Shown: piece after piece, positions 28,063 to 38,215 of the stretch
Position numbering within the stretch: position 1 is the stretch's first letter
Layout of the letters: each line of letters begins with the position of its first letter
DNA from: Patescibacteria group bacterium
Lineage (GTDB): Bacteria > Patescibacteriota > Minisyncoccia > Phycocordibacterales > JAKAEA01
DNA: 64,000 nt
Direction of reading: 5' to 3'
Assembly (NCBI GenBank): GCA_040387855.1
Contig: JAZKCY010000001.1
Coordinates: forward strand, 253,857-317,856
Program-made: the position numbers and the translations under genes
Notes under the pieces: generated by a model
Seen by the model: the letters and a program-made list of their open reading frames with translations, nothing else
Told to the model about the DNA's origin: nothing
The model's database searches: none

Positions 28063-30162
28063 ATGGCTAAATCAGACGAGAAGAAAAAGAAAGAAGGGAG
28101 TTACGGCGCGGAAGATATTCAAGTCCTCGAGGGTCTGGAACCGGTGCGAAAGCGACCGGGTATGTACATTGGTACAACTGGACCCGATGGTCTTCACCAT
28201 CTTATTTGGGAAATCTTCGATAACTCTCGTGACGAAGCCATGGGCGGTCATTGTAATGATATTGAAGTAGCCATTTTGCCTGGTGAGTTTATTCGTGTTG
28301 TCGACAACGGCCGAGGTATTCCCGTAGACAAACATTCAAAAACAAAAGTATCTGCTCTTGAAACTATTATGACCGTGCTTCATGCCGGAGGTAAATTCGG
28401 AGGTGAAGGATACAAAGTATCTGGAGGTCTTCACGGAGTGGGAGCATCGGTAGTAAACGCGCTTTCAAATCACACTCAAGTACGAGTACATCGCGATGGT
28501 GGAGAGCATGTTCAAGAATATGCTAAAGGGAAAATTCTCGCTCCAGTAAAAAAGGTTGGAGCTTCAAAGCTCAACGGAACTATCGTAAAATTTCAACCTG
28601 ACGAAACTATTTTTCAAGAAGTAAAATTTGATTTTCAGCGAGTTGTAAATCATCTTCGACAACAGGCTTACTTGGTTAAGGGCCTAAGAATTACTGTTAT
28701 TGATGCACGAGGTTATGAAGGTAAGATACGTGATGAGGAAGTAGCATATCTCCGTGAATTGGCTCTTGAAGTGCCATCACAGTCGTTCTACTTTGAAGGA
28801 GGACTTATGTCATTGGTGAAGTTCCAAAACACACTCTTCAAACCAGTACATAAAAATATTTTCTACATTGAAAAAAACACAACTGAATATGAAACAGTAG
28901 AAGTATCTCTCCAGTATGTTGACGATATGAGTTCACGTATCCTTCCTTTTGCAAACAATATTTACAACTCAGAAGGAGGAACTCATGTTACAGGATTTAA
29001 GACTGCGCTTACACGTATGCTTAATACCTATGGCCGAAAGAATAATCTCATTAAAGAATCAGAAGAAAACTTTACAGGTGAAGACGTACTTGAAGGTCTC
29101 ACTGCCGTTGTGTCTGTAAAGATTCGAGAAATTCAATTCGAAGGACAAACAAAAGCAAAGCTTGGAACTGTGGAAGCTCGAGGAATGGTTGAATCTGTGT
29201 TTAGTGAGGCATTTGAATTCTTCCTTGAAGAAAATCCAGACGATGCACGAGCTATCATTCAGAAAGTTATTCTTGCTCTTCGAGCACGAAAAGCTGCGAA
29301 GGCTGCAAAGGATTCTATTTTGCGAAAGGGAGCTCTTGAAGGATTTGGTCTTCCAGGAAAACTTAAGGATTGCCAAAGCAAAGATGCTACAGAATCAGAA
29401 CTCTTCATTGTGGAGGGAGACTCAGCGGGTGGTACAGCTACACAAGGACGAGATCGAAAGACTCAGGCTATCTTGCCGTTGAAAGGAAAAGTGCTCAACG
29501 TGGAACGAGCTCGCCTCGATAAGATTTTGGCATTTGCCGAAATCAAATACTTGGTTATTGCGCTGGGAACTGCGATTGGTGATACTTTCGATATTTCACG
29601 ACTACGTTATCACAAGATTATTATTGCAACGGATGCGGACGTCGACGGTGCTCACATTCGAACATTGTTGCTAACCCTTTTCTTCCGATACTTCCGACCA
29701 CTTATTGATGCGGGCAATATCTACATCGCACAACCACCACTCTTTAAGATTAAACGAGGAAAGCAGATTGAGTATGCATACTCACTCGAAGAACGAGATC
29801 ATATTATTAAAAATGTGTTTGGATACAAGGGAGAAGTAGAAGAAATTATCCAGACAGAACACAACACTCCATCAGAAGAAGTTTTTGTTACCGAAGCCGT
29901 ATCTGATGAACAGCTCGATGAAGAACGAGAAGTGAAAAAGAAAGGAAAGCCTGATGTACAACGATACAAGGGTCTTGGAGAAATGAACGCCGAAGAGTTG
30001 TGGGAAACAACAATGGATCCAACTCGACGAGTGCTTAAGCGAGTAGAAGTGGGAGATGCTACTGAAGCTGATAAAGTCTTCGATATCTTGATGGGTACAG
30101 ATGTGCCATCACGAAAGAGTTTCATCCAGTCGAATGCGCAGAAAGCGAATATCGATATTTAA
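28063..30162 (+). CDS. gyrB: DNA gyrase subunit B
   Basis: LEPVRKRPGMYIG, DNGRGIP, VEGDSAGG, TDADVDGAHI and QRYKGLGEM. Confidence 0.97.
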   Translation: MAKSDEKKKKEGSYGAEDIQVLEGLEPVRKRPGMYIGTTGPDGLHHLIWEIFDNSRDEAMGGHCNDIEVAILPGEFIRVVDNGRGIPVDKHSKTKVSALETIMTVLHAGGKFGGEGYKVSGGLHGVGASVVNALSNHTQVRVHRDGGEHVQEYAKGKILAPVKKVGASKLNGTIVKFQPDETIFQEVKFDFQRVVNHLRQQAYLVKGLRITVIDARGYEGKIRDEEVAYLRELALEVPSQSFYFEGGLMSLVKFQNTLFKPVHKNIFYIEKNTTEYETVEVSLQYVDDMSSRILPFANNIYNSEGGTHVTGFKTALTRMLNTYGRKNNLIKESEENFTGEDVLEGLTAVVSVKIREIQFEGQTKAKLGTVEARGMVESVFSEAFEFFLEENPDDARAIIQKVILALRARKAAKAAKDSILRKGALEGFGLPGKLKDCQSKDATESELFIVEGDSAGGTATQGRDRKTQAILPLKGKVLNVERARLDKILAFAEIKYLVIALGTAIGDTFDISRLRYHKIIIATDADVDGAHIRTLLLTLFFRYFRPLIDAGNIYIAQPPLFKIKRGKQIEYAYSLEERDHIIKNVFGYKGEVEEIIQTEHNTPSEEVFVTEAVSDEQLDEEREVKKKGKPDVQRYKGLGEMNAEELWETTMDPTRRVLKRVEVGDATEADKVFDILMGTDVPSRKSFIQSNAQKANIDI

Positions 30163-30179
30163 TAAGTCTAAATATCAAG

Positions 30180-30216
30180 CAAAACAAAACCCCGCAGAGA
30201 TGCGGGGTTTTGTTTT
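30180..30216. terminator. Bidirectional terminator
   Basis: AAAACAAAACCCCGCA-GAGA-TGCGGGGTTTTGTTTT. Confidence 0.85.
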
Positions 30217-30228
30217 AGTTTAATTCAA

Positions 30229-31710
30229 TTAGTATCGGTAGATAGTAGTTGACGTTGTATTGTTGTTGTTATTTGTCTCAGCAACTTCGTTGTTGTAATC
30301 AACAGTCACACTTACTGGGTTATTACCCTGTGAGCGAATATTGTCGAAACCAACAGTGAAGATTGTCTTCTGACCAGGATTAAGTGATGGCTGGTATCCA
30401 GAAGTATAGAGTGAGTTTGAATCGTTTGTTGGTAGGTATGCTTGGAATCGGTATTGTCCACTAGCAGTTCCACCTACGTTTTCAATTTCAAACTTGATAG
30501 CTGCTCGATCGTTGTATCCAACATTGTTTGTTGCATAGAACTGATTTGTATTTTTATCTACAATTCCAGTACTAACGATTCGAACAATTAGATCTGCCTG
30601 AGTTCCATAATTGCCCCCTACAGTTCCACCGTTGTTTACGATGTTTGTAGTTGCAACGTTATTGTTGTTATTTGTTTCAGCAATAAGGTTCTGAGGGTCT
30701 ACTGTAATAGTTACAGTATTGTTTTGAGCATTGTTGATTGGTTCAAAACCAAGAACATATTCAATTCGATCCTGTGGTCCAAGATTCTGTTGACCGTATG
30801 CATTGTATACAGAGTTCTTTGGAGTTGGAAGATTTGCTGTGAATGCCCATGTTCCAGAATTCTTATCACCATTGTTCTTAACAGTAAACTTTACTGCAGG
30901 TCGCATACCAGCACTTACAGAATATGATGGAACGAATGCTGAAGTTGTTGGATGGAGGTATCCTACTGCATTGATAGTAATTGCTAAGTCTGCAGTTCCA
31001 TTTGGATTTGATTGGATATATGCAGGAGTAACTGCTGGTTTAGTTGGAGTAGGCTTAGGTGTTGGAGTAGGTGTTGGCTTTGGAGTTACTGGAGCAGGGG
31101 TTGGTTCTGGTGTAGATGCTGGAGGTGTAACTGGTTGTTCACCTGAAGGCATATCAATAGGTGTTCCACCTGTTCGACTGTCTGCAATGTTTGGATTTGT
31201 AACTGTTACTAGGACACTATCAAGATCAATTACATCTGAAGTGTTGTTTTCAAGAAATGCGAGTGTGAAAGATATGTCAGTATATCGCTGAACCTCAGAA
31301 AATGCAGTGAGATCAATTCGATTATCGTTTACTGAGAAATAGTAGAGACTATTACATGTAATAGTTTCATTTGGAATACTAATTGATGTTTCAATTCGTA
31401 CACCATCTTTACACTGGTAGCTTAATACATATGAACCATTATCTCGATGTTTTCCAGTCCATGAAAGAGTGAAAGGTTCACCTGAGTTGATTGTAGTTCG
31501 ATCGGCAGTTAAGTCTACAGTCTGGTTCGTTCCAAAGAGGGAAGAAAGAGTATTCTTAAATGATGATACCGCGTTTGGTACCAATTTGATTGGTAATAAA
31601 ATACCAATAATGAGAAGGACGATAAGTCCAATTAGCACGACTATTTTTAGTACGGTGCTTGGTTCTCGCTTTTGTTCCGGGGTTTTGTTATTTTGGGTTT
31701 GCATTTCCAT
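30229..31710 (-). CDS. Membrane-anchored surface protein with two CARDB-like Ig domains
   Basis: N-terminal TM, Pro/Thr linker, then two ADL...N.G...VD..N..AETNNNNN units. Start reset to the ATG at 31710. Confidence 0.8.
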   Translation of the reverse strand: MEMQTQNNKTPEQKREPSTVLKIVVLIGLIVLLIIGILLPIKLVPNAVSSFKNTLSSLFGTNQTVDLTADRTTINSGEPFTLSWTGKHRDNGSYVLSYQCKDGVRIETSISIPNETITCNSLYYFSVNDNRIDLTAFSEVQRYTDISFTLAFLENNTSDVIDLDSVLVTVTNPNIADSRTGGTPIDMPSGEQPVTPPASTPEPTPAPVTPKPTPTPTPKPTPTKPAVTPAYIQSNPNGTADLAITINAVGYLHPTTSAFVPSYSVSAGMRPAVKFTVKNNGDKNSGTWAFTANLPTPKNSVYNAYGQQNLGPQDRIEYVLGFEPINNAQNNTVTITVDPQNLIAETNNNNNVATTNIVNNGGTVGGNYGTQADLIVRIVSTGIVDKNTNQFYATNNVGYNDRAAIKFEIENVGGTASGQYRFQAYLPTNDSNSLYTSGYQPSLNPGQKTIFTVGFDNIRSQGNNPVSVTVDYNNEVAETNNNNNTTSTTIYRY

Positions 31711-31857
31711 AAGCCTTTTATTAATGAATGGTGTTGGTATATTATCATATATATAGTCATTTGTCAAATACTAGTGTGTAATTAAAACTAGGGTTGCTAT
31801 TGACTTTTGATCAAATATGTGATAATCTTGTGGTATCTATAGTATATAAATTTCTCT

Positions 31858-32637
31858 ATGAGTCAAGTATTACCACCACAAAAAAATATTGGATTCCTCG
31901 ACATAATTTGGCATTTTAAGCTGCGTCTAGCAGCCTACATTTTGGTTATCTCTTTTTTAACATTCATTGGACTCTATCTCTTTGGTGGTGTTCCTGAGGA
32001 ATTGCGAGTACTTACTACTACAGAAGAATCCCCAATTGAAGCCGTAGAAGAGGCACCACGACAATATGTACAACTCCGAAACCGTCCTCAATTTGATGAT
32101 TCTGTACCTCTACCTAAGCCTACTCCAGTAACTCCTGCAAAGACTACAACGACAAAGCCAACAGCTGCTAAACCTGTTGCAAATACTACCGTGGCTACAC
32201 CAAAGGGTGCTTTACCGACTTATATTTCTATTAGTAAAATTGGTGTAAGCACTGCAGTAGTGAATCCAACTTCAACTAACAACGATGTATTAAACCAAAA
32301 CCTTCTAAAAGGTGCTGTTCGATACCCAGGATCTGGAACACTAGAGCAGGGGAATATGTTTATTATGGGCCATAGTTCTGGTCTTAAAGTTGTGAATAAT
32401 AAGGCATATAAAGCATTTAACGGCTTAAAAAACCTTTCTTTTGGTGACTCTATTGTAGTAACTTCAGGCGGTAAAACAGCGGTATATGCTGTTAGTTCAG
32501 TATCTCTTGTTGATAGTGATGAAGGCTTTGTTAATTTAAAGACTAATACTCACATGCTTACCCTCGTAACATGTAATGTTTTTGGAGAAAAAGAAGAGCG
32601 ATTTCTCGTTGAGGCGACCTTCGTGAAATTCCAGTAA
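31858..32637 (+). CDS. Sortase
   Basis: TM anchor, Pro/Thr linker and the catalytic set MGHSS, LTLVTC, ERFLV. Confidence 0.9.
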   Translation: MSQVLPPQKNIGFLDIIWHFKLRLAAYILVISFLTFIGLYLFGGVPEELRVLTTTEESPIEAVEEAPRQYVQLRNRPQFDDSVPLPKPTPVTPAKTTTTKPTAAKPVANTTVATPKGALPTYISISKIGVSTAVVNPTSTNNDVLNQNLLKGAVRYPGSGTLEQGNMFIMGHSSGLKVVNNKAYKAFNGLKNLSFGDSIVVTSGGKTAVYAVSSVSLVDSDEGFVNLKTNTHMLTLVTCNVFGEKEERFLVEATFVKFQ

Positions 32638-32669
32638 TTACCCGTTTCGTAAATACTATGTAATACCTA

Positions 32670-32698
32670 TTGACTTTTGTAAAGTTAGGTGATATAAT
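32670..32698 (+). promoter_or_regulatory. Sigma70-type promoter of the repeat surface protein
   Basis: TTGACT-17 nt-TATAAT with a TGn extension. Confidence 0.75.
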
Positions 32699-32798
32699 AC
32701 AACACAGTAGATTGACATTAGGCCATATTTGTTTAATTTTACAAATATGGCAGAGTTATCTGCTTTTTTGTTTGAATTTATAAATAGTATTAAATCGT

Positions 32799-35795
32799 AT
32801 GATGAAAAAAATATCCCTCATACTTGGAGCTATCGTTATCCTCTCAGGCCTCGCCTTTGTTGGGTATTCAGTCGTTTCAGGAAACAATCTAATGATTGCT
32901 GATGCTACAGGTTGTACATCAAATCCTGAAGCCGACCTAACCGGTACTATTCAAGGAAATAAAGTAACAATTACCAACAAATCAGCTACATGTAGCTATA
33001 AGGTTGGTCTTGCTTCATATAAAGTATTCTCAAGTACTTTTAGTGATCAAAAATTATTTGATTCAGCAAGTGCAACAATCGCACCAAAGGCAACTATTAC
33101 ATTAACAGTTGACCTTCCTTCATGTGCATATCAATTAGATGCATTTTATGGAGATGTGATCACTAACTTATCAAATGAAAACATGTATCGAACTCGATTG
33201 CTCGATTATGTTGATCATTTCGTAAACTATTGTACTAATGTTCCACCAAAGGGATGTATTACAATTTCAAAGGAAGTCTATGAATCAAATGGAACTACAC
33301 GAGTTTTAGATGAATCAGGATTTACTTTCAAGCTCGTACAGACTGGTGCACAGATGACAACTGGTACTGATGGAACTGTTACATTTAGTAACGTTGCACA
33401 AGGAAACTATGTTGTAGAAGAACTTGCACGAAATGGATATACCGTAATGTTCCCAACAGATGGAACAGCAGATATCACAGTTAACAAGCCAACAAGTGAA
33501 GGCTGTGCACAGTTCAAATTCAAAAACAAAAAAGTAGTAACTCAAACTCCTAAAGGATGTATCGTAATTAAAAAAGAAACTTACAACACTGTAGGAAATA
33601 TCCTTACACCTGTTGCACAGTTCACATTCAAACTCGACAATAGTCAGACCGTACAAAACGATGCAAATGGTAATGCACGATTTGATAATGTGTCAGTTGG
33701 ATCTCACACTGTTTCTGAAATCGTACCTACTGGATGGACAAACATTCTCGTAACTCCTGCAAACGGAGTAGTAAATGTAGAAGCTGGTTCAGACTGTGTT
33801 GGTGTTGTATTCAAAAACAAGCAGAACCCAGTAGTTGCTCAGAAAGGATGTATCGTAGTAAACAAAGAAGTCTATGAATCAAATGGAACTACACGAGTTT
33901 CAGATGAATCAGGATTTACTTTCAAGCTCGTACAGACTGGAGCTCAGCTCACAACAAACTCAAATGGATCAGTTACCTTTAGTAACATTGCATTTGGAAA
34001 CTATGTTGTAGAAGAACTTGCACGAAATGGATACACCGTAATGTTCCCAACTGATGGAACATATGATGTAACCGTTAATAAAGCTACATCAGAAGGCTGT
34101 GCAAACATTACCTTCAAGAATAAGAAGAATGAAGTTGTAACTCCAAAGGGATGTATCGTAGTTACAAAAGAATTGTACCAGTCAAATGGTTCAACTCGAA
34201 TCAACGATGCTTCTGGTTTTACCTTCAAGCTTGTTCAGACAGGTGCACAGATGACAACAAACTCAAACGGAACAGTTACATTTAGTAACCTTAACTACGG
34301 CAACTATGTTGTAGAAGAGCTATCACGAAGTGGATACGTTGTGATGTCACCTTCAGATCGGACTCACGATGTAAATGTAAACAGTCAAAACTGTGAACAG
34401 ATTACCTTCAAGAACAAACTCGTTGAAGTGCCTCCACAGAAAGGATGTATCGTAATTAAGAAAGAAGCATTCGATACGAATGGTAATCTTATGAACACCG
34501 TTGCTCAGTTTACCTTCCGATTGGATGGTGGACGAACAACAGTAAACGATGCTCAGGGTAATGCGTACTTCTATGATGTTTCAGTTGGATCACACACAGT
34601 GACTGAAGAAGGTATCAACGGATGGACCAACTTCCTCGTAACTCCAGCTAATGGAAACGTACAAGTATCACATGGTACAAATTGTGCTGGTGTTGTATTC
34701 AAGAATAAACAGAATCCACCAGTTCAAACACCAAATCTTTCAGGAGTATGTTGGGTAAATCCTTCAACTGCTCAGATCAACCAGACAGTTACATGGTCAG
34801 CATCAGCATCTGGAGGAAACGGATCATACACCTACTCATGGAGTGGATGGGATGGTCTCTCAGGATACGGAAGTTCAGTACAGAAACAATACTCATATGC
34901 AGGACAGAAATCTGGAACAGTAGTTATTACTTCAGGTAACGATTCAATTACAAAGACATGTTACATGGAAGTAATTCAGCCACAGGTTCAGAATTTCTAT
35001 GGGTACTGTACTGCAAACCCAACTTCAGCATATGTTAATGAGACTATTAATTGGTCATCATCAGCAACTGGAGGAAACGGAAACTACTCATACTCATGGA
35101 CTGGAACTGATGGACTCTCATCAAACAACCAGAACGTATCACGATCATACGGAACTCCTGGACAGAAAACCGCTACAGTAACTATTTACTCAAACGGTCA
35201 GCAGGTAAGTCAGACATGTACTATCTACATCAATGAACGACCTGGAACTGTTGTAGTTTCAACAGAAACTCCAAATCAGGGAAGTGGTGTGTATCTAAGT
35301 CAGATTCCTTACACAGGAACTGGAGACAACTTCAAGTTGGGACTCTTCGTATTCGGACTTATCGCATGGAGTGGAGCAGTATCATACTTCCTCATTGCAC
35401 GAAAAGCACGAAAGCAAGGTCTAACAGTTGCTGAACTTATCAACGGATCACGATCTACCTATGCGTTTGCTTCTGGAGTATCTGCACCTATTGCAGCTAC
35501 CTACGTAGCAGAACCAGTAGTTGCTGAACCAGTTGCAATCCCTTCACCAACTCAGACACTTGTATCAGATGAATTCCTCTTTGATCTTGAACAAAAAGCT
35601 CGATCAATGAATATGATCATCTCAGCAGATGCCTTCCGAGTACTTGCAGTGTATACAGGACGAAATACAGAACACGCACATGCATTAATTGAAGAACTAG
35701 CAGTTATGTATCGAACAGATCTTGCTGATAGTAGTGATTGGATAACTCTTGGTATGGATAAAGTAACAAAAGTTATTTCACACGTTCAGGCATAA
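32799..35795 (+). CDS. Large secreted repeat protein (SpaA/Cna-B-like and PKD-like repeats) with IPYTG sorting motif, putative sortase substrate
   Basis: Signal peptide, five KGCI...FKNK repeats and two Ig/PKD-like repeats. SQIPYTG (35304-35318 for IPYTG) is followed by a TM helix and RKARK. Confidence 0.85.
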   Translation: MMKKISLILGAIVILSGLAFVGYSVVSGNNLMIADATGCTSNPEADLTGTIQGNKVTITNKSATCSYKVGLASYKVFSSTFSDQKLFDSASATIAPKATITLTVDLPSCAYQLDAFYGDVITNLSNENMYRTRLLDYVDHFVNYCTNVPPKGCITISKEVYESNGTTRVLDESGFTFKLVQTGAQMTTGTDGTVTFSNVAQGNYVVEELARNGYTVMFPTDGTADITVNKPTSEGCAQFKFKNKKVVTQTPKGCIVIKKETYNTVGNILTPVAQFTFKLDNSQTVQNDANGNARFDNVSVGSHTVSEIVPTGWTNILVTPANGVVNVEAGSDCVGVVFKNKQNPVVAQKGCIVVNKEVYESNGTTRVSDESGFTFKLVQTGAQLTTNSNGSVTFSNIAFGNYVVEELARNGYTVMFPTDGTYDVTVNKATSEGCANITFKNKKNEVVTPKGCIVVTKELYQSNGSTRINDASGFTFKLVQTGAQMTTNSNGTVTFSNLNYGNYVVEELSRSGYVVMSPSDRTHDVNVNSQNCEQITFKNKLVEVPPQKGCIVIKKEAFDTNGNLMNTVAQFTFRLDGGRTTVNDAQGNAYFYDVSVGSHTVTEEGINGWTNFLVTPANGNVQVSHGTNCAGVVFKNKQNPPVQTPNLSGVCWVNPSTAQINQTVTWSASASGGNGSYTYSWSGWDGLSGYGSSVQKQYSYAGQKSGTVVITSGNDSITKTCYMEVIQPQVQNFYGYCTANPTSAYVNETINWSSSATGGNGNYSYSWTGTDGLSSNNQNVSRSYGTPGQKTATVTIYSNGQQVSQTCTIYINERPGTVVVSTETPNQGSGVYLSQIPYTGTGDNFKLGLFVFGLIAWSGAVSYFLIARKARKQGLTVAELINGSRSTYAFASGVSAPIAATYVAEPVVAEPVAIPSPTQTLVSDEFLFDLEQKARSMNMIISADAFRVLAVYTGRNTEHAHALIEELAVMYRTDLADSSDWITLGMDKVTKVISHVQA
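33250..34720 (+). repeat. Five ~300-bp intragenic repeats in A-B-A-A-B order
   Basis: GAAGTCTATGAATCAAATGGAACTACACGAGTT...CAAGCTCGTACAGACTGG is nearly identical at ~33273 and ~33867. The B units share VAQFTF.LD and GWTN.LVTPANG. Confidence 0.85.
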
Positions 35796-35831
35796 ACAAT
35801 AAACAAATGTATTGTGAGTCGGCCACGACTA

Positions 35832-35862
35832 AACAAAACCCGCTGTAATGGCGGGTTTTGTG
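35832..35862. terminator. Bidirectional terminator
   Basis: ACAAAACCCGC-TGTAATG-GCGGGTTTTGT. Confidence 0.8.
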
Positions 35863-35866
35863 TTGC

Positions 35867-36178
35867 TTATTGTAAATTGCTGTTTATAAGATTCTCAATA
35901 ATTCTTCTAAAAAATCCTTTTGGCTTTTGTTTTCTTGTAGTCTTAGAAATCTCTGCAACAAACTCAACTTTTACTTCGGCTGCTACTGATACGATTTGTT
36001 CTTGTTTTGTTTTTACCTCAGGAAGAGATTCTAGAACTGGTTCATGAATCTGCCTCTTTGGAACAGGAGCTACTCGACGTATTGTTTTTTTAGTCACCAC
36101 TCCGCCCATAGTAGCTTTTGGCGATCTACTGCGTGGCTTTTTTGCAATTATGTCTACTGAGTTTGGCATAGTGTACAC
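35867..36178 (-). CDS. Hypothetical basic protein
   Basis: ORF bounded by terminators, with a C-terminal amphipathic GFFRRIIENL. Confidence 0.55.
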   Translation of the reverse strand: MYTMPNSVDIIAKKPRSRSPKATMGGVVTKKTIRRVAPVPKRQIHEPVLESLPEVKTKQEQIVSVAAEVKVEFVAEISKTTRKQKPKGFFRRIIENLINSNLQ

Positions 36179-36251
36179 CCATTATACGATTAAAAAGAGC
36201 ATTAACTATTAATTAATGCTCTTTTTATGTGGATAACGCTGTGTCCGCTTA

Positions 36252-38000
36252 TTATTTCTTTTCCTGAATTTCTTGTGTGAGTTTTGCTACAAGATCTTCA
36301 ACACTCATTTGTCCCAACTGACCTTGCTCTCGATGTTCAAGAGTTACCACTTTAGCTTCTATTTCGTTATCACCAATAACAACCCAATATGGGATCTTAT
36401 CTACCTTCGCACCTCGCACTTTCTTTCCCATGCCGTCTTTGCTGTCATCAAATTCTACACGTACACCTGCTTTTTTTAGAGCTGCTGATACAGTTGCTGC
36501 ATAGTCATTGTGTTCTTCTCGTACAGGAATAACTTTAACTTGAGTAGGTGAAAGCCATGTTGGAAAGTTACCCGCAGTGTGTTCGATAAGTGTCGCCATG
36601 AATCGTTCGATAGAACCCATGATAGCTGCATGAATCATAACCACATCTTCTTTCAGCCCTTCTTCATTTGTAAATGTAAGTCCAAAGTTTTTTGGCTGAA
36701 GGAAATCGAGCTGAATTGTAGCAACTTGGAGTACTCGTCCGATAGCATCTTTAGCAATGAAGTCGAGCTTTGGTCCGTAGAAAGCAGCTTCACCAACTCC
36801 ATCTATCCATTCAATACCTCGAGCTTTCATAAGGTTTACCATGGCACTTTCAGATTTTTCCCATGTTTCTTTTGTACCCATATACTTCTCAAACTTTTCT
36901 GGGTCATGCCGAGAGAATCGTACTTTAATATCTGAGAATCCAAATGTTCCGTAAAATTTATCTACAATATCCCAGATGGAAAATACTTCTTGTTCAATTT
37001 GGTTTTCTCTACAGAATACATGGGCGTCATCTTGAGTAATTGAAAGCACTCGTGAAAGTCCTGAAAGTTCTCCAGATTGCTCGTCTCGATACACCATTGT
37101 TGTTTCTGCGTATCGCTGCGGCATTTCTCGATAACTTCGTGGAGCAGAATCAAAGATCTGAGTATGATGAGGACAGTTCATAGGTTTAACAACATATGTT
37201 TTTCCTTCACGAGTTTGAATCTTGAAGAGGTCTTCAGAATACTTTTGCCAGTGTCCAGATGTTTCGTATAAATCCTTCTTTGTAATATGAGGAATAGTTA
37301 CTTTTTCATATCCTTTAGCAACTCGAAGTTCCCAAATGTATTTATCCAATAAATCTCTAACCATACTTCCTTTAGGCGTCCAAAGAGGAAGTCCTGGTCC
37401 AACCAGTGGGGAAAATACAAAGAGCCCCATTTCTTTACCAAGCTTTTTGTGATCTCGCTTTAATGCTTCTTCCCGCTGTGCAATGTAGGCTGCAAGTTCT
37501 TCTTTTGTATCAAATGCTAATCCGTATACACGTGTAAGCATCTTATTCTTTTCATCTCCGCGCCAGTAGGCACCTGCAACTCGTTCCAATTTATATGATC
37601 CTGAAGCTATATCTTCTTTAGGATTAGCAACATGGCCTCCTCGGCAAAGATCTGTGAAATTTCCAGAAGTGTACAGAGTAATCTTTTCTCCTTTAGCTAT
37701 GATTTCATCTATGAGTTCTAGTTTATAAGGATTACCTTTGAAATGCTCACGAGCTTCTTCAGGAGATACCTCTTTGTGAGTAAATTCTTTCCATCCCTTA
37801 ACAAGCTCTTTCATTTTCTGTTCAACTTTGCCTAAATCTTTTTCAGTTATAGGTTCGGCAAATTCAAAGTCGTAATAGAAACCATTGTCCACCGCAGGAC
37901 CAATAGTGTTTTTAGCATCTGGCCAAAATTCTAATACCGCTGCTGCCATGAGGTGGGCGAGAGTATGTCGTTTGTATTCTAGATTCTTTTCAGGATTCAT
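36252..38000 (-). CDS. thrS: Threonine-tRNA ligase (no TGS domain)
   Basis: RHTLAH, DLCRGGH, KPMNCPHH, QDDAH, FYGPKLD and GSIERF. Start reset to the ATG at 38000. Confidence 0.97.
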   Translation of the reverse strand: MNPEKNLEYKRHTLAHLMAAAVLEFWPDAKNTIGPAVDNGFYYDFEFAEPITEKDLGKVEQKMKELVKGWKEFTHKEVSPEEAREHFKGNPYKLELIDEIIAKGEKITLYTSGNFTDLCRGGHVANPKEDIASGSYKLERVAGAYWRGDEKNKMLTRVYGLAFDTKEELAAYIAQREEALKRDHKKLGKEMGLFVFSPLVGPGLPLWTPKGSMVRDLLDKYIWELRVAKGYEKVTIPHITKKDLYETSGHWQKYSEDLFKIQTREGKTYVVKPMNCPHHTQIFDSAPRSYREMPQRYAETTMVYRDEQSGELSGLSRVLSITQDDAHVFCRENQIEQEVFSIWDIVDKFYGTFGFSDIKVRFSRHDPEKFEKYMGTKETWEKSESAMVNLMKARGIEWIDGVGEAAFYGPKLDFIAKDAIGRVLQVATIQLDFLQPKNFGLTFTNEEGLKEDVVMIHAAIMGSIERFMATLIEHTAGNFPTWLSPTQVKVIPVREEHNDYAATVSAALKKAGVRVEFDDSKDGMGKKVRGAKVDKIPYWVVIGDNEIEAKVVTLEHREQGQLGQMSVEDLVAKLTQEIQEKK

Positions 38001-38019
38001 ATGATAATAATTAGTAAAT

Positions 38020-38215
38020 AAAAACGCCCTAGTAAATATACAAACAAAAGTTTGCGTATTTACTAGGGCGGGGAATTCAAATGTAATTTGATTGCCTCGT
38101 GGTTCCACCTAGTTTCCCAGAATAATCCAGGCACTCAAGGTTGTTTACAGATTAGGATTAACTCTGATTGCTCAGACTGGAGTTGGTAGCTCCAGCAATC
38201 TCTATAAAGCTTCTC
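38020..38215 (-). promoter_or_regulatory. T-box riboswitch leader of thrS
   Basis: T-box AACTAGGTGGAACCACG (38114-38098), antiterminator partner CGCCCT, terminator CGCCCTAGTAAATA/TATTTACTAGGGCG-TTTTT, and promoter TTGACA-17-TACTAT with -35 at 38240-38245. Confidence 0.85.

Noticed and set aside
33250-34720. CRISPR array or DGR template/variable repeat pair
   Set aside because: The repeats are in-frame ~100-aa protein domains with no spacers, no obvious adenine-specific mismatch pattern and no cas or RT gene in the window.
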